From contig DATLRH010000024.1 of NCBI GenBank assembly GCA_035534755.1, forward strand, positions 26,598 to 90,597: a stretch of DNA of 64,000 bases, read 5' to 3'. The number at the start of each line of letters is the position of its first letter. The stretch's first letter is position 1. This document shows positions 26,052 through 41,845 of this stretch, piece by piece. The stretch comes from Candidatus Dormiibacterota bacterium (GTDB lineage Bacteria > Chloroflexota > Dormibacteria > Aeolococcales > Bog-877). The position numbers were made by a program, and so were the translations under genes. The notes beneath the pieces were generated by a model. It saw only the letters and a list, made by a program, of their open reading frames with translations. It had not been told where the DNA came from and made no database searches.

Positions 26052-29000
26052 CTATCGGCTGCGCCCCCGAAACCGGGGTGGCGGCGCCAGGGTCCGGATC
26101 GGATCCGCCCGATAGGAGCCGGGGCCGAAGAGTTCGATCACCTTAGCCTCCAGCTGGGGGGTGCTGCTGACCTGGTACTCACTGCCGAGGTCGAGCTCGT
26201 GATCTCCGTCGGCGTCGCGGAGGTGGAGCACGACTCGAGATCCGCCGCTGTGCTCTCTGAAGAGCTGGGAGAGCCGCCGCAGTGCCTCTTCGCCCCCCCG
26301 GAGGGCTCGCACATGCACCACGGCCGCAGCCGTCCAGTCGGCCAGGCTCAGATCGTCCAGTGCGAGGATCTCCTCCGCGATCACCCGGGCCTCCTCCGAC
26401 TCCTCCGCCGAGGACGGGTCACTCGCCTCCTCTCCCTCCAGGCCCGAAGGCGGCGGGGTGGCGCCGCCGGCCGGGCGGCGGGCTCCCACCTCAACCCGGC
26501 CTCGGACCACCACCACCCCGTCTGGGTGGAGCAGGCCCGCCGCCCGCTGGAAGACGGACGGGAACACCACCACCTCGCAGACGCCGGTCAGATCCTCCAA
26601 CTGAGCGAAGGCCATCGGCTCGCCCCGCCGGCTCTGGACCCGACGGCACTCTCTGACCGAGCCGCCCACCTGGACCACGGTTCCCTCCAGCCGAGCCAGG
26701 TCGGCCACCGCCGTGTCGGTGCGCAGGCGCAGCTCATGCCCGAGCCGCTGGAGCGGGTGATCGCTGAGGTAGATCCCCAGGTGTTCTCGCTCCCAAGCTA
26801 GCCGCTCGCGCTGGATCTCCTCGGTCAGGGCGGGAGAGGTCGGTAGGAGATCGTCGGCGTCCGACGCAGCGACGGGATCGCCCTCCCCGGGTTCTGAGTC
26901 GAAGAGAGCGATCTGGCCGGAATCCCGTTCCCGGGCCCTCACCTCGGCGCGGCGCATGGCATTCTCCAGCTGGGCCAGCAGCACCCCCCGGTCCCCCAAC
27001 CCGTCGCAGGCTCCGCAGCGGATCAGGGCCTCCAGAGCCCTTCGATTGAGCTCTCGGCCCCGCACTCGGGTGCAGAGATCGAGTAGAGATCGGAAGTCGC
27101 CGCCCTCCTGGCGGATCGCGACCAGAGCCTGAGCCGCCGACTCCCCGACGTTTTTGATGTGCTGCAGCCCGTAGAGGATCTCGCCCTTGGTGGCCGGGCC
27201 CCCGGTCTCGGTCTCCGCCTTCGCCGGCAAGGCGCTGAAGGGCGCCACCGAGCGGTTCACCTCGGGAGGATGGACCACGATGCCTCGAGCCTGGGCGTCC
27301 TGGATGGCCCGCTTGAGCCGGTCGAAGTCGCTGGCCTTGCTGTTCAGCAACGCCGCCATGAATTCGAGAGGGAAGTTCGCCTTGAAGTAGGCAGTCTGGT
27401 AGCTGATCAGCCCGTAGGCGACCGAATGCGCCTTGTTGAAGCCGTACCCAGCGAAGTAATCGATGTAGTCGAAAAGATCGACCGCAGTCTGCTCGGCCAC
27501 CCCCCTCGCCACCGCCCCGGCGATGAATCGGGCCCGCTGGGCCGACATCTTGGCCTTGTCCTTCTTCCCCATCGCCGCCCGCAACAGGTCGGCGGCGCCC
27601 AGGCTGAAGCCGGCGGCGGCGGCGGCAATCTGCATCACCTGGTCCTGGTAGACGATCACCCCGTGAGTCTCTTTGAGCACTGACTCGAGTTCGGGCAACA
27701 GGTAGGTGATCGGTTCCTCGCCCCGCCGGCGCTTCATGTAAAGTTCGGTCGCACCGCCCTCGATCACCCCGGGGCGGTTGATGGCGACTGCCGCCGCCAT
27801 GTCTTCGATGGAGCGGGGTCGCATGTCCATGACGATTCGGCGGCCCCCCTGCTGCTCCAGCTGGAACACGCCCAGGGTGTCTCCTCGGGACAGCAGGTCA
27901 TAGGTGGCTGCGTCGTCGAGGGGAATGCTGTCCAGGTCGGGCCGGACCCCCCGGAGACGCTCGATGTTGTCCAGAGTCTCGTCCAGAATGGTGAGGTTCT
28001 CCAGACCCAGGAAGTCCATCTTCAGCAGTCCGATCTTCTGGACGCCGTCCATGTCGAACTGAGTCACCACCGCCTCCCGGTTGGTGGTCGCCCGCTGCAG
28101 GGGCACGTAGTCGGTGAGCGGGCCTGGGGCGATCACCACCCCGCCCGCGTGGGTGCCGGCGTTGCGGGAGATGCCCTCCAGGCGGCGGGCGGTGTCGACC
28201 AAGCGGTGCGCCCAGGGCTGCCCGTCGTAGGCGGCCTTGAGCTCCTTTGATTCCCGCAGGGCCGCCTCCAGGGTCACTCCCGGCCGGGTCGGAATCAGCT
28301 TGGCCAACTGATCTACCTCGGGCAGCGGTACGTTCAGCACCCGGCCGACGTCGCGGACGGCGGCGCGGGCCGCCATGGTCCCGTAGGTGACGATTTGCGC
28401 CACCCGGTCGGTCCCGTAGCGCCGATTGACGTAGTCGATCACCAGGGACCTTCCCTGCACGTCGAAATCAATGTCGATGTCGGGCATGGAGACCCGTTCC
28501 GGGTTGAGGAACCGCTCGAAGATCAATCCGTACTGGAGGGGGTCGATGTCGGTAATCCCCAGGCTGTAGGCGACCAGGCTGCCCGCCGACGAGCCACGTC
28601 CGGGGCCAATCTTGACCCCCTCTTCGCGCCCCGCCCGGGTGAAGTCCCAGACGATCAGAAAGTAGGCTGCGAACCCGGTCTGGCGGATCACCTCCAGTTC
28701 GTACTCGAGCCGATCCGAATACTCCTTTGACGGCTCATCGCCCTTCCGCCGCACCCGCAAACCCTGGGTCGCCACCTCGGCCAGCAGCCCATCCGCGTCC
28801 TGCCCGGGCGGCACGTCGTAGAGCGGAAGCAGTCGCTGATCCAAGAGGGGCTCGAAGCGACAGCGCGCCGCGATGGCAGCGGTATTGGCGACCGCCTCCA
28901 AGCAGTAGCCGAATTTGGCGGCCATCTCCTCGCCGGAGCTGACATAGAAGTGGGATCCTGAGAAGCGCAGCCGCTTGGGGTCGTCCAGCCTGCTTCCGGT

Positions 29001-29681
29001 CTGAATGCAGAGCAAGACGTCGTGAGCCTCGGCGTCTTCCTTGTCGACGTAGTGACAGTCGTTCGTGGCCACCAGGGGCAGGTCGGTCTCACGGGCGATC
29101 TTGAGCAGGCCCTCGCGGACGATCCGCTCCTCCTCCATGCCGTGGTCTTGGATCTCCAGGAAATAGCCGTCCGGGCCGAGGATCTGGGCATACTCGCGGG
29201 CGATCGCTAGCGCCCCCTTGTGGTCTCCCGCGAGCAGCCTTTGGGGGACCTCGCCGCCAATGCAACCGGAGAGTCCGATCAGTCCCCGGGCGTGTTCGCT
29301 GAGGAGTTCGTGGTCAATCCGGGGCTTGTAATAGAAGCCATCCAGATGGGCCTTGCTGACCAGCTTGACCAAGTTGGCGTACCCCTCCCGGTCGCGCGCC
29401 AGTAGTACCAGGTGGAAGGGGTCGCGGTCGGCACGGCCTTCCTTTTGCAGGTGGGAGCGAGCCGCCACATAAACCTCGCAACCGATGATGGGCGTGATCC
29501 CCACCTCGGTGGCCGCCTCGTAGAACTCGATGGCGCCGGCCAGCACGCCGTGATCGGTGACTGCGATCGCAGGCTGGCCCAGGTCGTGAGCTCGCTGAGT
29601 CAGCCCTTTTACCCGGGCGGCTCCATCCAGTAGCGAGTATTCGGAGTGGGTGTGGAGATGGACGAACGGGACGGCAGGCAT
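26052..29681 (-). CDS. dnaE: DNA polymerase III alpha subunit
   Basis: PHP domain start FVHLHTHSEYSLLDGA, polymerase core and an OB-fold C-terminus. 1209 aa. Confidence 0.97.
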   Translation of the reverse strand: MPAVPFVHLHTHSEYSLLDGAARVKGLTQRAHDLGQPAIAVTDHGVLAGAIEFYEAATEVGITPIIGCEVYVAARSHLQKEGRADRDPFHLVLLARDREGYANLVKLVSKAHLDGFYYKPRIDHELLSEHARGLIGLSGCIGGEVPQRLLAGDHKGALAIAREYAQILGPDGYFLEIQDHGMEEERIVREGLLKIARETDLPLVATNDCHYVDKEDAEAHDVLLCIQTGSRLDDPKRLRFSGSHFYVSSGEEMAAKFGYCLEAVANTAAIAARCRFEPLLDQRLLPLYDVPPGQDADGLLAEVATQGLRVRRKGDEPSKEYSDRLEYELEVIRQTGFAAYFLIVWDFTRAGREEGVKIGPGRGSSAGSLVAYSLGITDIDPLQYGLIFERFLNPERVSMPDIDIDFDVQGRSLVIDYVNRRYGTDRVAQIVTYGTMAARAAVRDVGRVLNVPLPEVDQLAKLIPTRPGVTLEAALRESKELKAAYDGQPWAHRLVDTARRLEGISRNAGTHAGGVVIAPGPLTDYVPLQRATTNREAVVTQFDMDGVQKIGLLKMDFLGLENLTILDETLDNIERLRGVRPDLDSIPLDDAATYDLLSRGDTLGVFQLEQQGGRRIVMDMRPRSIEDMAAAVAINRPGVIEGGATELYMKRRRGEEPITYLLPELESVLKETHGVIVYQDQVMQIAAAAAGFSLGAADLLRAAMGKKDKAKMSAQRARFIAGAVARGVAEQTAVDLFDYIDYFAGYGFNKAHSVAYGLISYQTAYFKANFPLEFMAALLNSKASDFDRLKRAIQDAQARGIVVHPPEVNRSVAPFSALPAKAETETGGPATKGEILYGLQHIKNVGESAAQALVAIRQEGGDFRSLLDLCTRVRGRELNRRALEALIRCGACDGLGDRGVLLAQLENAMRRAEVRARERDSGQIALFDSEPGEGDPVAASDADDLLPTSPALTEEIQRERLAWEREHLGIYLSDHPLQRLGHELRLRTDTAVADLARLEGTVVQVGGSVRECRRVQSRRGEPMAFAQLEDLTGVCEVVVFPSVFQRAAGLLHPDGVVVVRGRVEVGARRPAGGATPPPSGLEGEEASDPSSAEESEEARVIAEEILALDDLSLADWTAAAVVHVRALRGGEEALRRLSQLFREHSGGSRVVLHLRDADGDHELDLGSEYQVSSTPQLEAKVIELFGPGSYRADPIRTLAPPPRFRGRSR

Positions 29682-29762
29682 GGGTGAGCACAGGTTCCTG
29701 AACTGGGAGAGTCGGCTCCCCCTGAGAGACTCAGTATCGGAGATTGGATGGGGACCCGGGGG

Positions 29763-30992
29763 TCACCTCCGCCGCAGCAGGGCGACCGTCTCGAAGTGGT
29801 AGGTCTGGGGAAACATGTCGACCAGGCAGAGTCTCTCCAGGCGGTATGGACCCTTCCCGCAGAGCCCCGCTAGGTCCCGAGCCAGAGCGGAGACCTCGCA
29901 GCTGAGGTAGACGACTGAACGCGGTCCATCGGTGGCCAGCCACGATCGGACCTTCGGCGCCAGCCCGGCCCGGGGCGGATCCAGAACGACGGCTCCGGCC
30001 GGTCGGGCACGAGCCAGCTCGTCCTCCACCTGGCCGCAGACCGTCTCCACCCGCCCGGGGGCATACATCTCCGCGTGGAGCTGGCAGAGTCGGGCCGCGA
30101 CCGGACTCGACTCGATCGCTGTGACCTGGGCTCCCAGGTCAGCCATCCGCAGGCTCAGGATTCCGGCTCCGGCGTAGCCGTCGACGATGTGGGCACCCTC
30201 GAGCTGGCCCGCCAGGAACTCCTCCACGGTGGAGTAGAGCGCGCCCACCGTTCCCTGGTTGACCTGGATGAAGGAGTCGGGGAAGACCCGAAAGTCCCGA
30301 CCCCGGAAGTTGAGGCTGGTCGACTCGTCGGTAAGGTTCGCCTGGGGAGGAAGCCGCGCGGCGGCGGCAATGGCGGTGGGGCCACTCGCCGAGTCATCGG
30401 GTCGGGTCTGGAGAAGAAGCTGCCGACCCCCTTCCCCTACCGTCAACTGCACGGTCTGGACCCTTGGCCCCTGGCCCTGGACTGCCTCGCCCACAGCGGC
30501 CAGAGACAAGGCCACGGTGGGGTGATGGATGAGACAGTCGGCAATCCCGAGCACCTGGTAACTGCCTCGGCTCTTGAACCCAAGCGGGGGACCCTCGCGG
30601 CTGCGGTGGAACTCGCCTCGCCAGCGATATCGCCAGGGGTCCATCGAGCCAACCAGCTCGGTCTCGACCTGGGACTCGACTCCCGCCCCGGCCAGGGCCC
30701 GCTCCAGCACCAAGCGCTTGGTGGTGAGCTGGAAGGGGTAGTTGAGGTGTTGCAGTTGACACCCCCCACAGCGGCCAAAGTAAGGGCACGGCGGCAAAAC
30801 GCGGTGCTGGGAGCCCCGGTGCACCTCAACGGTGTCGGCGAATGCGTGGCGCCGGCTGATCTTGGTGACTCGAGCCGAGACCAGCTCGCCTGGCGCCGCC
30901 CCGAAGAGGAAGACGACCATGCCATTGCAGCGGCCGACGCCCAGACCCCGGTGGGCGATCTCCTGGCACTCGAGCTGGATCAGATCGCCCAC
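29763..30992 (-). CDS. TRAM-domain 23S rRNA (uracil-C5)-methyltransferase (RumA/RlmD family)
   Basis: N-terminal TRAM domain, an Fe-S cysteine cluster CPYFGRCGGCQLQH, and a class I SAM-dependent methyltransferase domain with a conserved C-terminal Cys region (VYLSCE). Confidence 0.88.
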   Translation of the reverse strand: MGDLIQLECQEIAHRGLGVGRCNGMVVFLFGAAPGELVSARVTKISRRHAFADTVEVHRGSQHRVLPPCPYFGRCGGCQLQHLNYPFQLTTKRLVLERALAGAGVESQVETELVGSMDPWRYRWRGEFHRSREGPPLGFKSRGSYQVLGIADCLIHHPTVALSLAAVGEAVQGQGPRVQTVQLTVGEGGRQLLLQTRPDDSASGPTAIAAAARLPPQANLTDESTSLNFRGRDFRVFPDSFIQVNQGTVGALYSTVEEFLAGQLEGAHIVDGYAGAGILSLRMADLGAQVTAIESSPVAARLCQLHAEMYAPGRVETVCGQVEDELARARPAGAVVLDPPRAGLAPKVRSWLATDGPRSVVYLSCEVSALARDLAGLCGKGPYRLERLCLVDMFPQTYHFETVALLRRR

Positions 30993-31048
30993 CCGAAGTG
31001 CGGCTGGCCGCGTTGCCGGGTCGGCCTCAGGGTCAGCCGGCAGAGCTC

Positions 31049-32518
31049 TCAGCCCCCGGGTCGAGGTAGGCGCGCTCGGAGGAGCTGGTTGACGATCTCG
31101 GGATTGGCCCTGCCTTGGGACAACCCCATCACCGCTCCCACCAGGGCACCCAGCGCCCGGTCGTTCCCACCCTGGTAGTCCTGGGCGGCCTTGCCGTTTC
31201 GCTCCAGCACCTGGTCGACCAGCACGGAAATGTCGCCGACATCGGAAAGTTGGCCCAGCCCCTGGCTCCGCACCAGCTCAGCGGGGCTGGCCCCCGTCTC
31301 GAATGCCTGCCCGAGAACCTCCTTCGCCACCTTGGCGGTGACCTGATGGCCCTCGACCATCTCGAGCAGTCGGGCCAGATTCAGGGGCCCCACCCGGCAC
31401 TCGTCTACTGTGATGTTGGCGGCGTTGCAGAGGCCCTGCAGGTCCCCCAGTTGCCAGTTGGCGGCCAGCTGGGGAGTAATCCCCGCGGCCACCACCGCCT
31501 CGAAGTACTCCGAGTCGCGTGGCCGGGCTGTCAGCAGCCGGGCCTGGTCGAGCGCCAGCCCGAACTGAGCGACGAAGCGCTCCCGCCGCGCAGTGGGGAG
31601 CTCCGGCAGTCCGGCGCGCACCGACTCGACCTGCTCCCGGGAGACCGTGAGCGGCGGCAGGTCGGGTTCGGGGAAGTAGCGGTACTCCTGGGCCGCCTCC
31701 TTGGTCCGCTGGGACACCGTCTGCTGCTCCAACTCGCTCCAGCCTCGCGTCTCCTGGGTGATGAGCCCACCCTGCTCCAGGATCTCGGCTTGGCGGCCCA
31801 GCTCGTGGTCGAGCGCTCGCGAGACACTCCGGAAGGAGTTCATGTTCTTGACCTCCACCTTGACGCCCAGCTCCTGGCTGCCCCTGGCCCGGAGCGAGAC
31901 GTTGGCGTCGCAGCGGAGACTTCCCTCCTCCATGTTGCCGTCGTTGACCCCGATGTAGACCAGCAGCTGGCGGAGGGCGACCAGATAGGCCCGGGCCTCG
32001 GCCGAAGTCCGAAGGTCGGGCTCACCCACGATCTCCATCAGGGGAACTCCAGCTCGGTTCAGGTCGACCAGCGAGAAGGTGGAGCTCTGGATTTCGCCAG
32101 CATGATGGAGCGTGCCGGTGTCCTCCTCAAGGTGGACTCGGGTGATCCCCGCCCGGACGGGGCGCTGGTCGACCTCGAACTCGAGCCAGCCGTTGCGGGA
32201 GAGGGGAAGATCGTACTGGGAGATCTGATACCCCTTGGGAAGGTCGGGATAGAAGTAGTTCTTGCGGTCGAACTTGGTGAACTCGGGGATCTCGCAGTTG
32301 AGCGCCAGGGCAGTGCGCAGGGTGAGTCGGATCCCCTCCTCGTTGGCGACCGGCAGTGCTCCGGGAAGACCCAGGCACACCGGGCAGGTATTGCTGTTCG
32401 GTGGCAGCCCCAGGTAGTCGGCCCGGCAGGAGCAGAACATCTTGCTCTTGGTCAGCAGCTGGGCGTGCACCTCAAGCCCGATCACCGCTTCCCAGGCGGG
32501 GCCGCCCGCGATGCTCAC
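31049..32518 (-). CDS. gatB: Asp/Glu-tRNA(Asn/Gln) amidotransferase subunit B
   Basis: [10 protein letters not shown]...MFCSC N-terminus and a GatB/YqeY C-terminal domain. It overlaps the gatA stop by 4 nt. Confidence 0.96.
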   Translation of the reverse strand: MSIAGGPAWEAVIGLEVHAQLLTKSKMFCSCRADYLGLPPNSNTCPVCLGLPGALPVANEEGIRLTLRTALALNCEIPEFTKFDRKNYFYPDLPKGYQISQYDLPLSRNGWLEFEVDQRPVRAGITRVHLEEDTGTLHHAGEIQSSTFSLVDLNRAGVPLMEIVGEPDLRTSAEARAYLVALRQLLVYIGVNDGNMEEGSLRCDANVSLRARGSQELGVKVEVKNMNSFRSVSRALDHELGRQAEILEQGGLITQETRGWSELEQQTVSQRTKEAAQEYRYFPEPDLPPLTVSREQVESVRAGLPELPTARRERFVAQFGLALDQARLLTARPRDSEYFEAVVAAGITPQLAANWQLGDLQGLCNAANITVDECRVGPLNLARLLEMVEGHQVTAKVAKEVLGQAFETGASPAELVRSQGLGQLSDVGDISVLVDQVLERNGKAAQDYQGGNDRALGALVGAVMGLSQGRANPEIVNQLLRARLPRPGG

Positions 32519-33990
32519 TCCCCCCCGCCCCCGACCGGCGGCAGCTGATTCCAGATCCCGGCCCCGACCTCGACGCTACGGGCGACTCGAAGGCAGGTCA
32601 CCTCGCCCAGGTAGGGGCCCAGCACCTGCAACCCCACCGGCAAACCGGCGGCGAAACCGGCCGGCACCGAGACCCCAGAGATCCCGGCCAGGTTGGCCGG
32701 CAAGGTGAGCACATCGGTGGCATACATGGCCATCGGGTCGGCCGTCCGCTCTCCCAGTCGAAAGGCCGCCGTGGGCGCAGTCGGGGCAAGGATCGCGTCC
32801 ACCTGGGCAAAGGCTCGGTCGAAATCGCGGGCCACCAGGGTGCGCACCTTCTGCGCGCGCAGGTAATAGGCGTCGTAGTAGCCGCTGCTGAGAGCGTAGG
32901 TCCCCAGCGTGATGCGGCGCCGCACCTCGGCCCCGAATCCCTCGTGGCGGGAATGCTCGTAGGCCTCTCGAAGGGTCGTAGCCGAACCCAAGCCGGGACC
33001 AAAGCGAACCCCGTCCATCCGAGCCAGATTGCTACTGGCCTCGGCCGGGGCGATCACGTAGTAGGCGGCGAGGGCGTATTCCGTCGTTGGCAGGCTGATC
33101 TCCTCGATCTGCGCGCCCATCTCCTCCAACATCCGCACCGAGCCCTCGAACACCTGCCTGACCCCCGTGTCAAGGCCCACCTCGAGGTACTCCCTGGGAA
33201 CCCCTAGGCGGAGGCCCTTTACGCCCTGGTCAAGGTGGGCCAGGTAGTCGTCCACGGGGGCCGGGAGGCTGGTGCTGTCGCGGCGGTCCTGCCCAGCCAC
33301 CGCGGTCAGGATCAGGGCCGCGTCGGTCACCGTCTTGGCGAGGGGGCCGATCTGGTCCAGGGAGCTGGCGAAGGCGATCAGGCCGTAGCGGCTGACTCGT
33401 CCGTAGGTCGGCTTGACCCCGACCACTCCGGTGAAGGACGCCGGTAGGCGAATCGAACCCCCAGTGTCACTGCCCAGGGTGGCGCAGGCCAGCCGCGCCG
33501 CCACCGCCACCGCCGAGCCACCGCTGCTGCCCCCCGCCACCCGCCCCAGGTCCCAGGGGTTGCGGGTGGCCTGATAGGCGGAGTTCTCGTTGGAGCTGCC
33601 CATGGCGAATTCGTCGCAGTTGAGCTTGCCGAGTGGCACCACGCCCAGCTCCTCGAGACGGTCGACGACCGTCGCGCTGTAGGGCGGCACAAACCCGCTC
33701 AGGATCCGGCTCGCCGCCGTGGTCTCGACCCCTTGGGTGCAGATCACGTCCTTGTAGGCGACCGGGATACCGCAGAGCGCAGGCGCCCCCAACGGATCTG
33801 CCTGCAGAAGCCGGTCAGCCGCAGCGGCCGCCTCCAACGCTCGGTCCGGCGTCAGCCGGAGAAAGGACCCCAGGGCGGGGTCGAGCTCACCCGTCCGTTC
33901 GAGGGCCTCTCGGGCCAGCTCGACCGCCGAGAACTCCCGGTCGACGAGCTGCTGATGGAGTTCGAGAATTGGCGCCTCGAGCCGGGTCAC
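32515..33990 (-). CDS. gatA: Glu-tRNA(Gln) amidotransferase subunit A
   Basis: Amidase signature [13 protein letters not shown]...[12 protein letters not shown]. It overlaps the gatC stop by 4 nt. Confidence 0.96.
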   Translation of the reverse strand: MTRLEAPILELHQQLVDREFSAVELAREALERTGELDPALGSFLRLTPDRALEAAAAADRLLQADPLGAPALCGIPVAYKDVICTQGVETTAASRILSGFVPPYSATVVDRLEELGVVPLGKLNCDEFAMGSSNENSAYQATRNPWDLGRVAGGSSGGSAVAVAARLACATLGSDTGGSIRLPASFTGVVGVKPTYGRVSRYGLIAFASSLDQIGPLAKTVTDAALILTAVAGQDRRDSTSLPAPVDDYLAHLDQGVKGLRLGVPREYLEVGLDTGVRQVFEGSVRMLEEMGAQIEEISLPTTEYALAAYYVIAPAEASSNLARMDGVRFGPGLGSATTLREAYEHSRHEGFGAEVRRRITLGTYALSSGYYDAYYLRAQKVRTLVARDFDRAFAQVDAILAPTAPTAAFRLGERTADPMAMYATDVLTLPANLAGISGVSVPAGFAAGLPVGLQVLGPYLGEVTCLRVARSVEVGAGIWNQLPPVGGGGE

Positions 33991-34274
33991 TGAATCGCCG
34001 GTACGCGGAGGAACCCGGCCGCCTTGACGCCGGCGTTTCCGAGCGCCTCCTCGGCACCCAGGCCCTTCTCGACCACGTCGGCCCGAGTGACATTTCGGAG
34101 CTCGCCCACCTGAGCGGTAGCTGGCACCGTCGAGATGTCCGCCCGGGAGAGCTGGCCGACGGCGGAGACGATGACTTCGAGCTGGACCGCCAGCGTCTCG
34201 AGCTCGGCGGGTGTCATCCCCAGCCGGGCCAGACTGCTGATCCGAGCGACCTCGGAGAGGCCGATCGATTCCAT
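33987..34274 (-). CDS. gatC: Glu-tRNA(Gln) amidotransferase subunit C
   Basis: The 95-aa product MESIGLSEVARISSLARLGMTPAELE... is typical GatC in length and sequence. An in-frame ATG at 34355 with a strong GGAAGGAGAGG would add 27 aa, but that stretch has low GC3. The track's 178-aa version is rejected. Confidence 0.85.
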   Translation of the reverse strand: MESIGLSEVARISSLARLGMTPAELETLAVQLEVIVSAVGQLSRADISTVPATAQVGELRNVTRADVVEKGLGAEEALGNAGVKAAGFLRVPAIQ

Positions 34275-34443
34275 TTGCTGCTCGGGCGCTCCCTCTTCGG
34301 CCACAGAGCCTGGATTATAGAAGCCAATCAAGATCGCCCCGGGAGTACCGACCATCACCTCTCCTTCCAAACCAGACGACCCCCAGGCCGCTCTGGCGGC
34401 AGCCGCCGAGGCGTTTGCGGCCGCCCGCAACACGCGACGGCTC

Positions 34444-39177
<4,734 letters not shown>

Positions 39178-39181
<4 letters not shown>

Positions 39182-40050
39182 CCGGGATTCGGGCGCGAAA
39201 CCTGGCCCAGCTCACCGTAGAGCTCGGGTCGGCGGTCCCCGAGAGTGTGATTGCGCGGCGTGCGCTGCTTACGGGAGTCGGCCTGGCGGAGGTCGAGCTC
39301 GGCGAGCAGGAGTGCCTCGTCCGCCCTCGGACCGGGACCTGCCAGCAGCCACCCCTCGGGACCAACGATGCAGCTGCTGCCGATGAATTGGATTTGGCGC
39401 TCAGAGCCAATACGATCCGCAGCGGCGACGAAAACCTGATTCTGGGTCGCCACCGCGACTGCGGCGTAGTTGCCCATGATCCACCCGCGCTCATCGGCTA
39501 CCCGACGCCGGAAGTTGGCGACCCAGTTGGTGGGGACGCAGATGATGTCAGCGCCATTCAGGGCCAGCACCCGTGCCGCCTCGGGGAACCAGAGGTCGTA
39601 GCAGACCAGCATGCCTACTTTCCCGAAGGGGAGTTCGAAGACCGGGAAGCCCAGATCGCCAGATCGGAAATAGCTCTGCTCGTCGTAGAAGAGATGGTTC
39701 TTGCGATAGACACCGATCACCCCGTCGGGCCCCACCAGCACCGCCGAATTGAACCTCCCCTGAGCGCTCTGCTCGCAGATTCCGGCGACCACGAAAACGC
39801 CAAGCTGGCGGCAGCTCTCCGCCCACGTCGTGACCGTCGGCCCGTCAACCGCCTCGGCACTGGCGGACGCCTCCTCTTCGCTGGCGAAGGCGTATCCGGA
39901 CGAGGCCAGTTCCGGGAGGACGATCAAGGATGCTCCTGCCTCAGCCGCCCGGGAGATCCACCGGACTCCCCGAGTGGCATTCCCAGCTCGGTCGCCTAGC
40001 TGAGGGGCGTACTGGCAGACGGCCAGCTTTGTCGGGGGGTTTTTGGGCAC
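39178..40050 (-). CDS. Carbon-nitrogen hydrolase (nitrilase superfamily) protein
   Basis: Catalytic E-K-C context: IVLPELASSGY, VYRKNHLF and MLVCYDLWFPE. The stop overlaps the pcrA start by 4 nt. Confidence 0.88.
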
Positions 40051-40076
40051 CTGGACATTCTCCGCCCGCCAGTCGG

Positions 40077-41768
40077 TCAGAAGTCCATGTCCCCCATGTC
40101 TCCCATGCCGCCCATGCCCCCCATTCCGCCCATACCCCCCATTCCGCCCATGCCGCCCATGCCCTCTTCGCCCCCACCGGAGTAGGCGGGCTCTCGCTCG
40201 GGAAGGTCCGCCACCAGCGCCTGGGTGGTCAGTAGCATGGCCGCGACCGAGGCGGCGCTCTGAAGGCTGGTCTTGACGACCTTGGTGGGATCGATGATGC
40301 CCGCGACCAGAAGGTCGCCGTAGGCGAGCGTGCCCACATCGAGTCCTTCCGTCGGGCCCATGCCCAGAATTCTCTCCAGCGCGACTGAGCCGTCCAAGCC
40401 GGCGTTGGCGGCCAGCTGCCGAGCGGGCACCTGGAGCGCCCGGCGCACGATCTCAACGCCCGTCTGCTCGTCACCCGAAGCCTGAATAGCAGAGAGAGCC
40501 TGGGCCGCCAGCAGTAGGCTCCTCCCACCACCGGGTAGGATTCCCTCCGCCACCGCCGCCCGGGTCGCGTCGAGCGCGTCCTCCACTCGCTCCTTGCGCT
40601 CTTTGAGGGCGGTCTCAGTCGGCGCCCCAACTTTGATCACCGCCACCCCGCCGATCAGTCGTGCCTTCCTTTCCTGCAGCTTCTCGCGATCCCAATCGGA
40701 GTCGGTCAACTCCATCTGCTGATCGATCTCGCGCACCCGCGCCTTGACCTGATCGGGAGTTCCGCCCCCTTCGACGATCGTGGTGTCGTCCTTGGTGACG
40801 ACCACCCGCCGGGCCGAGCCCAGCTGGCGTACGGTCAGGCCCTCCATGGTCAGGCCGAGCTCCTCGGAAATGACCTCGGCCCCGGTGAGGACAGCCAGAT
40901 CCTGGAGCATCGCGGTCCGGCGATCACCGAATCCGGGCGCCTTGACGGCGCAGGCCACAACCGTGCCCCGCACCTTATTGACCACCAGCGTCGCCAGGGC
41001 CTCGCCCTCGATTTCCTCGGCGACCACCAATAGGGGGCGCCCGGCCTTCACCGCCGCCTCCATGGCGGGAACGATGTCCGCGACGGCCGAGAGCTTGCGG
41101 GGTGTCACCAGGATCAGGGGCTGCTCTAGGACCGCCTCCATGCCCTTCTGGTCGGTCACCAGATAGGCCGATACGAAGCCACGGTCGAACTGCATCCCGT
41201 CGACGATCTTGACCTCAGTCTCAATCCCGGACGAGTCCTCGACGGTGATGACCCCCTCGGAAGTCACCCTCTCCATCGCGTCGGCGATCATTTCGCCGAT
41301 CTCCCGGCTGCCACTCGAGATGGTCGCGACCTGAGCGATGTCCGCCCGACCGGCCAGCGGCCTGCTCAACCGATCGAGCTCAGCAAGAATCGCCTGGGTC
41401 GCTTTCTCGATGCCGCGCTTGAGTTCGATTGGGGAGGCCCCCGAGGCCAGGTTACGGACACCCTCCTCGACCATCGCCTCAGCCAGGAGGGCCGCCGTGG
41501 TGGTCCCGTCCCCGGCGACGTCGTTGGCCTTGCGGGCGGCTTCGGCCAGAAGCTGAGCACCCATGTTCTCGAAGTGGTCGGGCAGCTCGATGTCGCGCAC
41601 AATCGTGGCTCCATCAGAACTGATCTGGGGGCTTCCGTACTTGCGGTCGATCATCACCGCGCGGCCTCTCGGGCCGAGCGTCGGGCGCACCGCGGCAGCC
41701 ACCTGGGCGGTGCCGCGGAGGAGCGCGTCGAGGGCCTGATCGTCGAACTTCAGCTGCTTGGCTGGCAC
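40077..41768 (-). CDS. groEL: Chaperonin GroEL (Cpn60) with GGM-repeat C-terminal tail
   Basis: AKQLKFDDQA..., GDGTTTA and the C-terminus (GMG)n-DMGDMDF. GTG start with AGGAG upstream. Confidence 0.98.
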   Translation of the reverse strand: MPAKQLKFDDQALDALLRGTAQVAAAVRPTLGPRGRAVMIDRKYGSPQISSDGATIVRDIELPDHFENMGAQLLAEAARKANDVAGDGTTTAALLAEAMVEEGVRNLASGASPIELKRGIEKATQAILAELDRLSRPLAGRADIAQVATISSGSREIGEMIADAMERVTSEGVITVEDSSGIETEVKIVDGMQFDRGFVSAYLVTDQKGMEAVLEQPLILVTPRKLSAVADIVPAMEAAVKAGRPLLVVAEEIEGEALATLVVNKVRGTVVACAVKAPGFGDRRTAMLQDLAVLTGAEVISEELGLTMEGLTVRQLGSARRVVVTKDDTTIVEGGGTPDQVKARVREIDQQMELTDSDWDREKLQERKARLIGGVAVIKVGAPTETALKERKERVEDALDATRAAVAEGILPGGGRSLLLAAQALSAIQASGDEQTGVEIVRRALQVPARQLAANAGLDGSVALERILGMGPTEGLDVGTLAYGDLLVAGIIDPTKVVKTSLQSAASVAAMLLTTQALVADLPEREPAYSGGGEEGMGGMGGMGGMGGMGGMGGMGDMGDMDF

Positions 41769-41795
41769 TTGGTATTTTCTCCTAGCTTTGGCGCG

Positions 41796-41832
41796 GGGCT
41801 CGCGGCGACCCCGGAGCGGGTCCCGCGAGCCC
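41796..41832 (-). other. GC-rich stem-loop in the groES-groEL spacer
   Basis: GGGCTCGCGG-C-GACCC / loop CGGAGC / GGGTC-CCGCGAGCCC. About 15 bp with one bulge, and no U-tract. Confidence 0.55.
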
Positions 41833-41845
41833 TCGGCTCATCGGT

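Noticed and set aside
40080-40185. Short tandem DNA repeats (cccatgcc/cccattcc units), considered as a possible VNTR or CRISPR-like array
   Set aside because: They are the in-frame coding sequence of the well-known GroEL C-terminal (GGM)n tail, with no spacer-repeat architecture.
41769-41845. Second CIRCE element in front of groEL
   Set aside because: The spacer contains only a GC-rich hairpin and has no TTAGCACTC/GAGTGCTAA half-sites.
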